NCBI GenBank assembly: GCA_016744335.1
Contig: JADGEO010000008.1
Coordinates: forward strand, 15,736-79,735
Source: Anaerolineales bacterium
GTDB taxonomy: Bacteria; Chloroflexota; Anaerolineae; Anaerolineales; Villigracilaceae
Direction of reading: 5' to 3'
Length of the DNA: 64,000 nucleotides
Shown: piece by piece, positions 8,547 to 16,915 of the stretch
Layout: every line of letters begins with the position of its first letter
How positions within the stretch are numbered: position 1 is the stretch's first letter
Notes under the pieces: model-generated
What the model saw: only the letters and a program-made list of their open reading frames with translations
What the model was told of the DNA's origin: nothing
Database searches by the model: none
Program-made: the position numbers and the translations under genes

Positions 8547-9550
8547 AAGATTATCATCGCATCGCCAAAGGAGTAAAATCTGTATCCTTCTTGGATGGCG
8601 GTCTCGTAGGCGTTCAAAATCATTTTTCGCTTGGCGAAGGCGCTCACCAGCATCACCAACGTAGATTTTGGGAGGTGAAAATTCGTAATCATTATATCAA
8701 CTGCCTGAAAATTATAGCCGGGCAAAATAAAGAGGGATGTCGCGCCGCTTGTGGGGAGCGTTGCGCCCGTTTGGGATGCGGATTCGAGCGTGCGGACGGA
8801 TGTGGTGCCGACCGCGACGACCCTGCCCCCAGCTTGTTTGGCGTTGCTAATCTTTTGCGCGGTCTCGGGCGTGAGCTGGCACCACTCGGTGTGAATATGA
8901 TGCTCGTCAACATTTTCTTCGGTGACGGGCGCAAAAGTATCTAGCCCAACATGTAGCGTGACTTCGGCGCGATTGATGCCTTTTGCATCTAGTTCGGCGA
9001 GTAAGCGCGGCGTAAAATGTAACCCTGCTGTTGGTGCCGCCGCTGACCCCGGCTCTTGTGCGTAAACGGTTTGATAGCGTTCTGGGTCTTCGAGCTTGGC
9101 ATGAATATAGGGCGGGAGCGGCACATTGCCGATTTGTGGGAAATATGGCTCAATCGGCTCGTCAAAACGAATGAGACGTTGTGCGCCTTTGAGCACTTCG
9201 ATGATTTCGGCGTTGGGTGCATTATCAAGAATGACTTTTTTGCCCGCTTTTAGCCCTTTCCCGCCAACGAGGGCGCGCCAAGTGAGTTCATCTTCTTGAC
9301 GGAGGAGGAGTAACTCCATTTTTCCACCCGTTTCTTTGTGAGCAAAGATTCGGGCAGGAATAACGCGCGTTTGGTTGACAACGAGTAAATCATTGGGGAG
9401 AAGATAATCGCCAATATCGCTGAAATGACGATGTTCAATTTTCCCGCTTTTACGGTGTAAAACGAGTAAGCGCGATGAATCGCGCGGCTCTACAGGCGTC
9501 TGCGCGATGGATGTTTGGGGGAGGGTATAGTTGAAGTCAGATGTTTTCAT
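8543..9550 (-). CDS. queA: S-adenosylmethionine:tRNA ribosyltransferase-isomerase
   Basis: Full-length similarity to QueA: MKTSDFNYTLP..IAQTPVEPRDSSRLLV, GSAAAPTAGLHFT, VGTTSVRTLES, FYSFGDAM. Confidence 0.95.
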   Translation of the reverse strand: MKTSDFNYTLPQTSIAQTPVEPRDSSRLLVLHRKSGKIEHRHFSDIGDYLLPNDLLVVNQTRVIPARIFAHKETGGKMELLLLRQEDELTWRALVGGKGLKAGKKVILDNAPNAEIIEVLKGAQRLIRFDEPIEPYFPQIGNVPLPPYIHAKLEDPERYQTVYAQEPGSAAAPTAGLHFTPRLLAELDAKGINRAEVTLHVGLDTFAPVTEENVDEHHIHTEWCQLTPETAQKISNAKQAGGRVVAVGTTSVRTLESASQTGATLPTSGATSLFILPGYNFQAVDIMITNFHLPKSTLVMLVSAFAKRKMILNAYETAIQEGYRFYSFGDAMIIL

Positions 9551-9600
9551 AAAAAATAATATATATAAGTAGATGTGGGTCTAAGACCCGCCCTTACTTT

Positions 9601-10629
9601 TTATAAGAGTTTCCCCTGTTGCTCTTCTACGAGATACTCAAACCCCAAATGCTCATAGGCCAAGCGGGTGGCGATGCGACCTTGCGGGGTGCGGTCTAAG
9701 AAACCGAGTTGGAGCAAATAGGGCTCAACCACATCCATAATCGTGTCTGGTTCCTCGCTGATGGATGCGCCGATAGTGTTTAGACCAACGGGACCTCCAC
9801 GATATTTTTCGATGATGGCTTTCAATACGCGCCTGTCCATATCGTCTAAGCCGAGGGGGTCAATGGAGAGTAAGCCTAAGGCATCGGATGCGACTGACTT
9901 GGTGATTTTTCCGTCTGCGCGGACTTGGGCGTAATCTCGGACGCGGCGCAATAAACGCAGTGCCACGCGTGGCGTTCCACGTGCGCGGCGTGAGATTTCT
10001 TTAATCCCATCTTCATCGTAGGGTACTTTTAGCATTGTAGCGGCGCGAGTAACGATAGCTTGCGTAGAATCTAAATCATAATACTCTAATCTGTACACTG
10101 CGCCAAAGCGTGCGCGTAAGGGCGCGGTGACTAGAGCCAGTCGTGTTGTTGCGCCAACTACCGTAAAACGTGGCAATTTGAGCCGAATAGAACGCGCTGA
10201 AGGTCCTTTCCCCACAATAATATCAAGTGAAAAATCTTCCATTGCGGGGTAGAGCACTTCTTCTACTACACGACCAAGGCGATGAATTTCATCAATAAAT
10301 AAAATATCGCCCGCTCGCAAGTTGGTGAGGATTGCCGCTAAATCTCCCGCTCGCTCAATCGCAGGACCCGATGTGACGCGGATATTCACCTGCATCTCAT
10401 TTGCTAAAATATGGGCAAGCGTGGTTTTGCCTAATCCTGGCGGACCATAAAAAAGAACGTGGTCGAGAGCTTCTTCGCGTTTTCGTGCGGCTTCTATCAG
10501 AATCTCAAGATTTTCTTTGACTTTATGCTGACCAATGAGATCGCCAAGCATTTTTGGGCGTAAGGCGTGGTCTACGTTATCGTCTGGCTTCTTTTCTGGG
10601 GCAAGGGGGCGGTTTTCGGTAGATGTCAT
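9601..10629 (-). CDS. ruvB: Holliday junction branch-migration helicase RuvB
   Basis: The AAA+ Walker A ([11 protein letters not shown]) and Walker B (LFIDEIHRL) motifs are present. The sensor and winged-helix regions are typical of RuvB. Confidence 0.97.
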   Translation of the reverse strand: MTSTENRPLAPEKKPDDNVDHALRPKMLGDLIGQHKVKENLEILIEAARKREEALDHVLFYGPPGLGKTTLAHILANEMQVNIRVTSGPAIERAGDLAAILTNLRAGDILFIDEIHRLGRVVEEVLYPAMEDFSLDIIVGKGPSARSIRLKLPRFTVVGATTRLALVTAPLRARFGAVYRLEYYDLDSTQAIVTRAATMLKVPYDEDGIKEISRRARGTPRVALRLLRRVRDYAQVRADGKITKSVASDALGLLSIDPLGLDDMDRRVLKAIIEKYRGGPVGLNTIGASISEEPDTIMDVVEPYLLQLGFLDRTPQGRIATRLAYEHLGFEYLVEEQQGKLL

Positions 10630-10636
10630 AGACTAG

Positions 10637-10666
10637 ATTATACCCGACAGAGGCACTCAAGTTCAA
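10637..10666 (-). promoter_or_regulatory. sigma70-type promoter of ruvB (TTGAAC-N18-TATAAT) placed for a leaderless mRNA
   Basis: On the minus strand, TTGAAC (10666-10661), an 18-nt spacer and TATAAT (10642-10637) are followed by exactly 7 nt and then the ruvB ATG (10629). There is no Shine-Dalgarno. Confidence 0.6.
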
Positions 10667-10710
10667 TACACGCGCGTCCCTTCCCTAAAAATATAAAAGT
10701 TGACTTGTTT

Positions 10711-10902
10711 TGAGATAATGGTCTTGTGTTTTTTTGTATTGAAGGAGATATTCTGTTTCAAAACGCTTAACAAAACAGTAATGTTAAAGTTATGTTTTTG
10801 TAATTATTGTGTATAAAAGAGATGATAGACTGTTTTCATAAATAAGTGGCTGATATTACGGAACTGTAAATCTGTAGAGAGATAGCTCTATAGATTTTTT
10901 TT
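10711..10902 (+). ncRNA. candidate small transcription unit (extended -10 to intrinsic terminator), function unknown
   Basis: An extended -10, TGaGATAAT, lies at 10711-10719. An 11-bp hairpin (10869-10879 / 10886-10896, one G-U) is followed by a run of T to 10902. No credible ORF lies between them. The call is speculative. Confidence 0.25.
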
Positions 10903-10980
10903 GTAAAAAAGTATGATGCGTAGAATCAGTAAGTAATATATGGATGTATTACGCACTTTAATTCTTTTGGAGGTTTTTTT

Positions 10981-11376
10981 ATGCGTCGTTTATTTAGTTT
11001 TCGTACCACCACTGCTGTCCTTTTAGCCTTAATCCTTTCAGCTGTTGTTTATGGTTTTGCTGCAGCAAATACTGTAGACGCAAGTAAAGCTGGCGAAGGT
11101 GAGGGTGCTGTCAGCGGTTATGCCATCACGGACATCCACTATACCCTAGACGTGTCTGGCAACCCCGGCACAATCACTAATGTAACCTTCAACACCGATG
11201 TAGCTGTTCCCACTACGGGCACTGTTTATGTTGTTGCCGAAAAACTTACTGCTCCTGCTGGCCAAGTTGCGTCAATTCCTTGTACCATGACTGTTCTTAG
11301 CGTATCATGTGACTTTGCTCCTGGTGCTCTCACTGTTCCCTACATTGAAAATTTACGTGTCGTAGCCGCTCAATAA
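10981..11376 (+). CDS. small secreted beta-rich protein, candidate substrate of the adjacent SipW-type peptidase
   Basis: A strong GGAGG SD precedes the start. The N-terminal signal-like segment ends in G-F-A-A-A-N-T-V. The mature part is Thr/Val/Gly-rich. A strong terminator follows directly. Confidence 0.7.
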   Translation: MRRLFSFRTTTAVLLALILSAVVYGFAAANTVDASKAGEGEGAVSGYAITDIHYTLDVSGNPGTITNVTFNTDVAVPTTGTVYVVAEKLTAPAGQVASIPCTMTVLSVSCDFAPGALTVPYIENLRVVAAQ

Positions 11377-11400
11377 TATCAGAACGGCACTAGACTCAAA

Positions 11401-11436
11401 AAGGCACGAGCGGATTTCGCTTCGTGCCTTTTTTTA
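11401..11436 (+). terminator. intrinsic terminator after the 131-aa gene
   Basis: The stem is AAGGCACGAGCG (11401-11412) / CGC(T)TCGTGCCTT (11418-11430) with one bulged T, followed by a T-run. Confidence 0.8.
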
Positions 11437-11444
11437 AAACAGAA

Positions 11445-13691
11445 ATGCAAAAAAATAGAAGTTGGCGTAAAATTTTGCTCTCAGCTGCCCTCCTTGTGAT
11501 TACAATCACGCTATGGGCTCTTTTTGCGCCGCTCCAATTTGGGGGAAATGTGGCTTATGTCATCGTTGCAGGCGATAGTATGTCTCCCAAGTATATGCTG
11601 GGAGATTTGGTTGTTATTCGCAACCAAGAAAATTATAAAATTGGTGATTCTGTCACCTATCAACATCCAGAAATAGACTATGTTTTCCATCGGATTGTTG
11701 AAGTAGATCCTGAAGGTCGATTTATTCTTCAAGGGGATCATAATGCCTGGGAAGATTCTTATCATCCAAGCGAGGAAGAGATTGTAGGCAAGTTGTGGTG
11801 GCATATTCCTAAGCTCGGTAATACCTTAGAAAGCTTGCGTTCTCCGTGGGGATTTGCTATTCTTACATTGGTATTTGGGTTTTTATTATTCACAATTGTA
11901 GTGCCACCTGATAAAAAACGTGGCCGCCGCAAAGAACGCGGGAAAGGCAATTTTATGTCTGGTTCTTATCAAAAAACAGGGGAAAATCTTTTTATCTTAG
12001 CTGTGCTTGCTCTGGGAGCATTATTTTTAGGCTTAGCGGCATTTCGGCACCCCGTGCTCAATGAAATTCATGCACCGCTTGCCTATGAGCAGCAGGCTGT
12101 TTTTCATTATACAGCCAATGTTCCCTCTGGAATTTATGATTCAGATAGGATACAGCCAGGGGAACCAATTTTTCGTCTTTTAAACGGTTCTTTTTCTATT
12201 GGGCTGAATTATCTGTTTATCTCGGTGCATCCAGCAGAGCTAGAGGGTACATATAGATTACTTGCGCGGGTTAGCGATGGGTCTGGTTGGAAGCGGACGC
12301 TTGAATTAACGCCTGAAACTGCATTTAGTGGCAATGTCTTCACAGTCTCGGAGACGCTTGAGCTTGATGAAATTCAAGGCTTTATTGATTCCTTGGAAAA
12401 AGAAACAGGCGTAGCACGTAGCCAATACACACTTTCTGTCCTGTCTGAAATTCAGATTGAAGGAAGAGTGAGCGAATTAGCTTTGCAAGATAGCTTTTCC
12501 CCTGAAATCAATTTTGATATTACAAATCTTGAAGTGGTTTTGCGAGATGTGTCAGATCTTAGCCAAGATGCTCTAAGCTCTATTAAGACGAGTGCGCTAA
12601 CTCGTACTTTGTATGAGCAAAATCATTTAAATATATTAGGGTTGAAAATACCTGTTTTACTTGCGCGTTGGATTGCGGCAGGTGTTGGTATTCCAGCAGT
12701 ATTATTTCTAATTTTCTCGCTCGTGCAATTATATACATCTACTCAGCGGAGTGAATTGGAGCGAGTACGGGTATGGTATGGCTCAATGCTTATAGAAGCA
12801 CGAGATATGCAAATTCTTGATTCTCCCAGACAAGTAGAAATTGCAAGTATTGATGATCTGGCAAAATTTGCCGAACAAGATCAACGCTCTATTTTACATT
12901 TGCCTGATGGGAATTCGCACCATTTTTTTGTCCAAACACCAGAGCAACTTTATCATTATCAATTAGAAGAAAACTCGACAGGTATTGGAGTTATCACTGC
13001 TCCTGCTAATAAAGAAAATTGGGTTGCACGTTTTCCATGGAAACACCAACCTTCAAAGTTGCAGCACTCGTATACGCGTGCGCTGGAGGGTTGGGCAAAT
13101 GCGGTAGACATGCGCTTTTACGAAGAAGGACACTCTGAAGAAGTTGCCAAGTTGACCGAAAAATTAGCCATATCTTTAGGGGTGCGTGGATATGCACTCG
13201 AAGAAATTCGTTTGGGAGCTTATTTACATGATATTGGATTGATGAATATACCGGACTCCATTGTACAAAAAAAGAAAAAATTGACAAAAAAAGAATGGGA
13301 TATTATACGTAACCATCCAGAGCAGGCAAAAGCTCATCTTACAGAAACTAATTTACAGTCATCCATTATAGATGTTGTTCATTATCACCATGAACGTTGG
13401 GATGGGAGTGGTTACCCAGAAGGGTTGCGCGGCGAGGAAATCCCTCTGGGCGCACGGATCGTTGCCGTGATTGATGTTTGGGATGCGCTCAAACATCCAC
13501 GCCCTTATCGTGATTCTTGGTCATCTGAAGAAATTTGCCAATACTTTCGTGAACAATCTGGCATTCAGTTTGACCCGCGTGTAACAGAGGCTTTTCTCAA
13601 ACTATTGGTAGAAGAGTTTCCAGAAGAATGTGAAGAGGTAATTACCCTCGAAGCGGAGGTGCAAGATGTTATTAAAGATAAAGAGGGTTAG
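11445..13691 (+). CDS. fusion protein: ER/archaeal (SipW)-type signal peptidase I + polytopic membrane sensor region + cytoplasmic HD-GYP domain
   Basis: S26B-type motifs are present: GDSMSP (Ser), FHRIVEV (His), LQGDHN. Four predicted TM segments have a positive-inside loop (DKKRGRRKERGK). The C-terminal HD-GYP signature is HDIGLMNIP...HYHHERWDGSGYPEG. The ORF-track start (GTG 11424) lies inside the terminator stem, so ATG 11445 is preferred. Confidence 0.8.
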   Translation: MQKNRSWRKILLSAALLVITITLWALFAPLQFGGNVAYVIVAGDSMSPKYMLGDLVVIRNQENYKIGDSVTYQHPEIDYVFHRIVEVDPEGRFILQGDHNAWEDSYHPSEEEIVGKLWWHIPKLGNTLESLRSPWGFAILTLVFGFLLFTIVVPPDKKRGRRKERGKGNFMSGSYQKTGENLFILAVLALGALFLGLAAFRHPVLNEIHAPLAYEQQAVFHYTANVPSGIYDSDRIQPGEPIFRLLNGSFSIGLNYLFISVHPAELEGTYRLLARVSDGSGWKRTLELTPETAFSGNVFTVSETLELDEIQGFIDSLEKETGVARSQYTLSVLSEIQIEGRVSELALQDSFSPEINFDITNLEVVLRDVSDLSQDALSSIKTSALTRTLYEQNHLNILGLKIPVLLARWIAAGVGIPAVLFLIFSLVQLYTSTQRSELERVRVWYGSMLIEARDMQILDSPRQVEIASIDDLAKFAEQDQRSILHLPDGNSHHFFVQTPEQLYHYQLEENSTGIGVITAPANKENWVARFPWKHQPSKLQHSYTRALEGWANAVDMRFYEEGHSEEVAKLTEKLAISLGVRGYALEEIRLGAYLHDIGLMNIPDSIVQKKKKLTKKEWDIIRNHPEQAKAHLTETNLQSSIIDVVHYHHERWDGSGYPEGLRGEEIPLGARIVAVIDVWDALKHPRPYRDSWSSEEICQYFREQSGIQFDPRVTEAFLKLLVEEFPEECEEVITLEAEVQDVIKDKEG

Positions 13692-14151
13692 ATGGCAAGT
13701 TTTGGTTTTGCTCGTTTTGTTTTTTTCAGTCATCTTTGGCATTATAGTAGGCTCAGCAACAGCAAATAGCGTATCTACAAGTTATGCAAGTGAAAGTAGT
13801 CACACTCTTACTGCAAATCAACTAAAACCAGCCGAATGCAACGGTATTAACATAAGCAATATCGTTAATTTAAGCCAAGGAGAAGTCCCCACATCAGGCA
13901 ACGATCTCATTCTAGGAACAGCTAATCGCGATATTGTGGATGGTGGCGATGGGGATGACTGCATTGTTGGTGGGGGTGCGAATGATAAAGGTAATATCGG
14001 TTCCATAAAAGCTGGGCTTTCAGGTGGCGATGGAAATGATGTCATCTTGGGTGGGGCTGGCAATGACCGTCTTATTGGTGGTGCGGGGACAGATACCTGC
14101 CATGGTGGTGCTGGTAATGACCAGATGACCTGTGAAATAGAATATCCCTAA
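13666..14151 (+). CDS. secreted/anchored protein with hemolysin-type (RTX-like) Ca-binding GGxGxD repeats
   Basis: A GGAGG SD lies 8 nt upstream. The N-terminal hydrophobic segment ends in G-S-A-T-A-N-S-V. The repeats are GGDGDDCIVGGGAND...GGDGNDVILGGAGNDRLIGGAGTDTCHGGAGND. The gene overlaps the upstream gene by 26 nt. Confidence 0.7.
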   Translation: MLLKIKRVRWQVLVLLVLFFSVIFGIIVGSATANSVSTSYASESSHTLTANQLKPAECNGINISNIVNLSQGEVPTSGNDLILGTANRDIVDGGDGDDCIVGGGANDKGNIGSIKAGLSGGDGNDVILGGAGNDRLIGGAGTDTCHGGAGNDQMTCEIEYP

Positions 14152-14167
14152 AAATCAGAATAAACCA

Positions 14168-14198
14168 AAGAGCGCGTGTTGTTTTTACGCGCTTTTTG
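14168..14198 (+). terminator. intrinsic terminator after the RTX-repeat gene (the hairpin is usable on both strands)
   Basis: The stem is AGCGCGT (14171-14177) / ACGCGCT (14187-14193), followed by TTTT. Confidence 0.65.
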
Positions 14199-14245
14199 AT
14201 TCTCAAAACCTGTATCAATATAGATAAGTCCACATTATGGGAAAG

Positions 14246-14275
14246 ATTATAGCCAACAAGCGCAACCAAGTTCAA
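14246..14275 (-). promoter_or_regulatory. orphan second copy of the ruvB-type promoter (TTGAAC-N18-TATAAT), pointing antisense toward the RTX-repeat gene
   Basis: On the minus strand it has TTGAAC (14275-14270), an 18-nt spacer and TATAAT (14251-14246). By my alignment, 34 of 42 positions are identical to the ruvB promoter at 10635-10676. Confidence 0.5.
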
Positions 14276-14300
14276 TGCACGCGCGAAGCGAAACATCCGC

Positions 14301-14306
14301 TATAAT
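14301..14306 (+). promoter_or_regulatory. candidate -10 box (TATAAT) for upp
   Basis: A perfect TATAAT lies 30 nt upstream of the upp ATG, with an AAGGAGA SD in between. There is no convincing -35. Confidence 0.35.
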
Positions 14307-14335
14307 TCAGTACCTAAACTTATAAGGAGAAAAAA

Positions 14336-14962
14336 ATGTCTAATATATTTCCATCCCAACATCCCCTTGTCGCTCATAAATTAACCCGTTTGCGCGATAA
14401 AAATACCCAACCCAAAAAATTTAGAGAGTTAACACGTGAAATTGCCGCATTACTCACTTACGAAGCTACTGCCGATTTAGAGATTACCCCGCGCAATGTT
14501 GAAACCCCGCTCACTAAAACAAGTGGTTTTGAACTTAAAGAGAATATAGGTCTTGTGCCCATTTTGCGAGCAGGATTGGGGATGGTAGAAGGCGTGTGGG
14601 GATTAATGCCCTCAGCCGAAGTTTGGCATATTGGATTGTATAGGGATGAGGAGACTTTGCAACCGGTAGAGTATTATAATAAATTGCCCGTTGCGCCTAC
14701 CGTTTCAGTTTGTCTCGTGCTTGATCCAATGCTTGCTACCGGCGGTTCCGCTGTCGCTACAGTAGACGTGGTGAAACGCTGGGGCGTAGACCGCATCAAA
14801 TTTATTGCCATGATTGCCTCCCCCGAAGGCATTGCGGCAATGCAAGAAGCGCACCCCGATGTGCCCATTCACCTTGCGAAAATTGACGAGAAACTAAATG
14901 AGATCGGCTATATTCTCCCCGGTCTTGGTGACGCGGGTGATCGGCAATTTGGGACGGCATAG
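14336..14962 (+). CDS. upp: uracil phosphoribosyltransferase
   Basis: Full-length Upp similarity: [23 protein letters not shown], the PRPP loop [13 protein letters not shown], and [12 protein letters not shown]. Confidence 0.95.
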   Translation: MSNIFPSQHPLVAHKLTRLRDKNTQPKKFRELTREIAALLTYEATADLEITPRNVETPLTKTSGFELKENIGLVPILRAGLGMVEGVWGLMPSAEVWHIGLYRDEETLQPVEYYNKLPVAPTVSVCLVLDPMLATGGSAVATVDVVKRWGVDRIKFIAMIASPEGIAAMQEAHPDVPIHLAKIDEKLNEIGYILPGLGDAGDRQFGTA

Positions 14963-15060
14963 AAGATTTTAGATTATGAGGGTGTGTAGATAGATTTATC
15001 TCGTTCTTCTCATGCAATACGACAAAAATGTTGTATTGCGAATGGAAAAAGGATAATAAA

Positions 15061-16278
15061 ATGAGTGCCCATATTCTTGTTGTAGACGATAATGACATCA
15101 ATTTGAAGGTTGCAAGCAAAGTTTTAGAAAAAGAGGGGTATAAGGTATCTACTGCCTTAAATGGTAAAGATGCCTTGGTACAGGCAAATAAAACGCCACC
15201 CGATTTGGCAATTTTAGATGTAATGATGCCCGATATGGATGGCTATGAACTTTGTGAAAAAATACGAAATACGCCAAAAATAGCCCATATCCCTGTGATT
15301 ATGTTAACGGCATTATCAAGAGTAGATGATCGCCTGAAAGCCTTTGAAGCAGGCGCAGATGATTTTCTTACAAAGCCGTTTAACGTGGCAGAACTACGCG
15401 CGCGTGTAAAGGTTTTATTGAGGTACCTTGATACCCATGATGAAAACGAGACAGATTATCATGCTTATAAAATAGCCGTGTTCTCTTTGCGTGGCGGCAT
15501 AGGTGTTTCAACATTGGCGAGTAATCTTGCCGTAGGGTTAACACAACTTTGGGATGAAGAAAGCCTTCTCATTGACTTGGCTTTGGTAAATGGTCAGAGC
15601 GCATTAATGCTCGATTTATCTCTTCGTAATACTTTAGGTGATTTGGCTGAAATCCCAGTAGATGAAATAGACGTAGGACTACTTGAGCAAATTACACTTC
15701 AACATCCTGGTGGCACTCGTGTGCTTGCCGCACCACGAAAAGCCATAGAAGCTGATTTGGTTACAGAAGAAAAAGTTAAAAAAATAATAAGCCTACTCGA
15801 AGCGCACTATCCTTATTTTGTTTTTGACCTTCCGCATGATTTTAACGCAACCACTATTGCCGCCCTCGATTCTGCCGACAAAATTTTACTTATGCTTGCC
15901 CCCGAAATGGCATCTATTCGTTCTGCGGGGATGGCATTAAGTGTTTTTAATGATCTTGCATACCCCAAAGAAAAAATAGATCTTGTATTAAATTGGAACT
16001 TTCAAAGCCAGGGATTACCGCGAGACGAAATAGAAGCCGCACTTAATAAAAAAATATCTATAGTTATTCCTTATGCTTCGGGCACTATTGTCTCGGCTAT
16101 TACAAAGGGAAAGCCGCCTGTGCTAGATGAAGAAGAAACACCCCTTAAAGCACTATTAGAAGATTTAGCCTATTATTGGAGTGAAGCAGATCAAAAGAAA
16201 ATAAAACCCGATTCGCCAACAGAAAGTTGGATGCGTGTAGCTAAACGGATACGTAAACGTGTAAAAAAGAACGCGTAG
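15061..16278 (+). CDS. response-regulator receiver fused to a TadZ/CpaE-like (MinD/ParA-fold) domain with a degenerate Walker A
   Basis: The REC domain is canonical (VVDDND, LDVMMPDMDG, MLTAL, KPF). The ParA-like domain starts at IAVFSLRGGIGVSTLASNLA, where RGGIGVS replaces KGGxGKT. ATG 15061 has an AGGA SD, and the ORF-track start 15028 is less likely. Confidence 0.8.
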   Translation: MSAHILVVDDNDINLKVASKVLEKEGYKVSTALNGKDALVQANKTPPDLAILDVMMPDMDGYELCEKIRNTPKIAHIPVIMLTALSRVDDRLKAFEAGADDFLTKPFNVAELRARVKVLLRYLDTHDENETDYHAYKIAVFSLRGGIGVSTLASNLAVGLTQLWDEESLLIDLALVNGQSALMLDLSLRNTLGDLAEIPVDEIDVGLLEQITLQHPGGTRVLAAPRKAIEADLVTEEKVKKIISLLEAHYPYFVFDLPHDFNATTIAALDSADKILLMLAPEMASIRSAGMALSVFNDLAYPKEKIDLVLNWNFQSQGLPRDEIEAALNKKISIVIPYASGTIVSAITKGKPPVLDEEETPLKALLEDLAYYWSEADQKKIKPDSPTESWMRVAKRIRKRVKKNA

Positions 16279-16423
16279 GATGAAGAACCGAGTTCACTCT
16301 TATTTTGGGCTTGGGTGCTGAATCCCGAGCCTTTTCTTGGCGTGAGCGGAAAAAAGTTCACGCCAAGAAAAGGTTGCTTAAGGGCACTCAAGTAGAAGAT
16401 GCGCGCGGTGCGGTTCTTCATCC
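16278..16423 (+). repeat. structured intergenic element, copy C (CTTGAGTGC-core family)
   Basis: Three nested stems are visible. P1 is GGATGAAGAACCG (16278-16290) / CGGTTCTTCATCC (16411-16423). P2 is CTTGGGTGC (16310-16318) / GCACTCAAG (16384-16392). P3 is a perfect 15-bp stem, 16331-16345 / 16358-16372. Confidence 0.7.
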
Positions 16424-16475
16424 ATCTTAACTTTTTCTTGACTTAAGATTTTTCTAGTCTTATGGGGCTAAACGT

Positions 16476-16913
16476 TTAGTCATCTGGCGTGGCAGTGGCA
16501 GTGAACTTGATTTCGCCTATATTCGTGTTTTCGCCAGCTATAACATCTACGGCAAATTCGTATCCAGCTGTTTCGTTGGCGATAACCAACGAGCGTGTGC
16601 CTGCAGGGACGCTTTCAATAAGGAAACTTCCATCTTCATTGGTTGTAGTTTCTAGGTCTGTGCCGACAATAAAAACATAGCCATTGAAGGGCTGTTTTTT
16701 ATCATTTAGTGCTATACCACTTATGGCGCCTTTGCCTACAAGAATGTTGGCGGCATTGCTTTGGGCAAAAGAAACCCCAGCAAAGAGAATGACAACGCCT
16801 AATAAACCAAAGATAATAGTGTGTAGGCGTTTTTTCTTTGCGCTTGGGTTAGAAAGTTTATGGGGAATTCCTTCTTCAAATTCTTCGAGTGAGGGTGAGT
16901 TTTCAAATGACAT
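16476..16913 (-). CDS. membrane-anchored protein with a carboxypeptidase-regulatory-like (CarboxypepD_reg) beta-sandwich domain
   Basis: It has one TM segment (IIFGLLGVVILFAGVSF) followed by ISGIALNDKKQPFNGYVFIVGTDLETTTNEDGSFLIESVPAGT. The start lies 2 nt after the stop of the pilin-like gene. Confidence 0.6.
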   Translation of the reverse strand: MSFENSPSLEEFEEGIPHKLSNPSAKKKRLHTIIFGLLGVVILFAGVSFAQSNAANILVGKGAISGIALNDKKQPFNGYVFIVGTDLETTTNEDGSFLIESVPAGTRSLVIANETAGYEFAVDVIAGENTNIGEIKFTATATPDD

Positions 16914-16915
16914 TA

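Noticed and set aside
9570-9600. The GGGTCTAAGACCC hairpin between ruvB and queA, considered as a terminator
   Set aside because: The stem is only 5 bp and no U-run follows in the gene sense. It more likely belongs to the GTCT/AGAC palindrome family or has no function.
10781-10816. A tiny Cys-rich ORF (MLKLCFCNYCV) in the leader of the SipW module, considered as a possible RiPP-like precursor
   Set aside because: It has no Shine-Dalgarno and is only 11 codons long in very AT-rich DNA, where such ORFs arise by chance. No modification enzymes are nearby. It is noted only as a curiosity.
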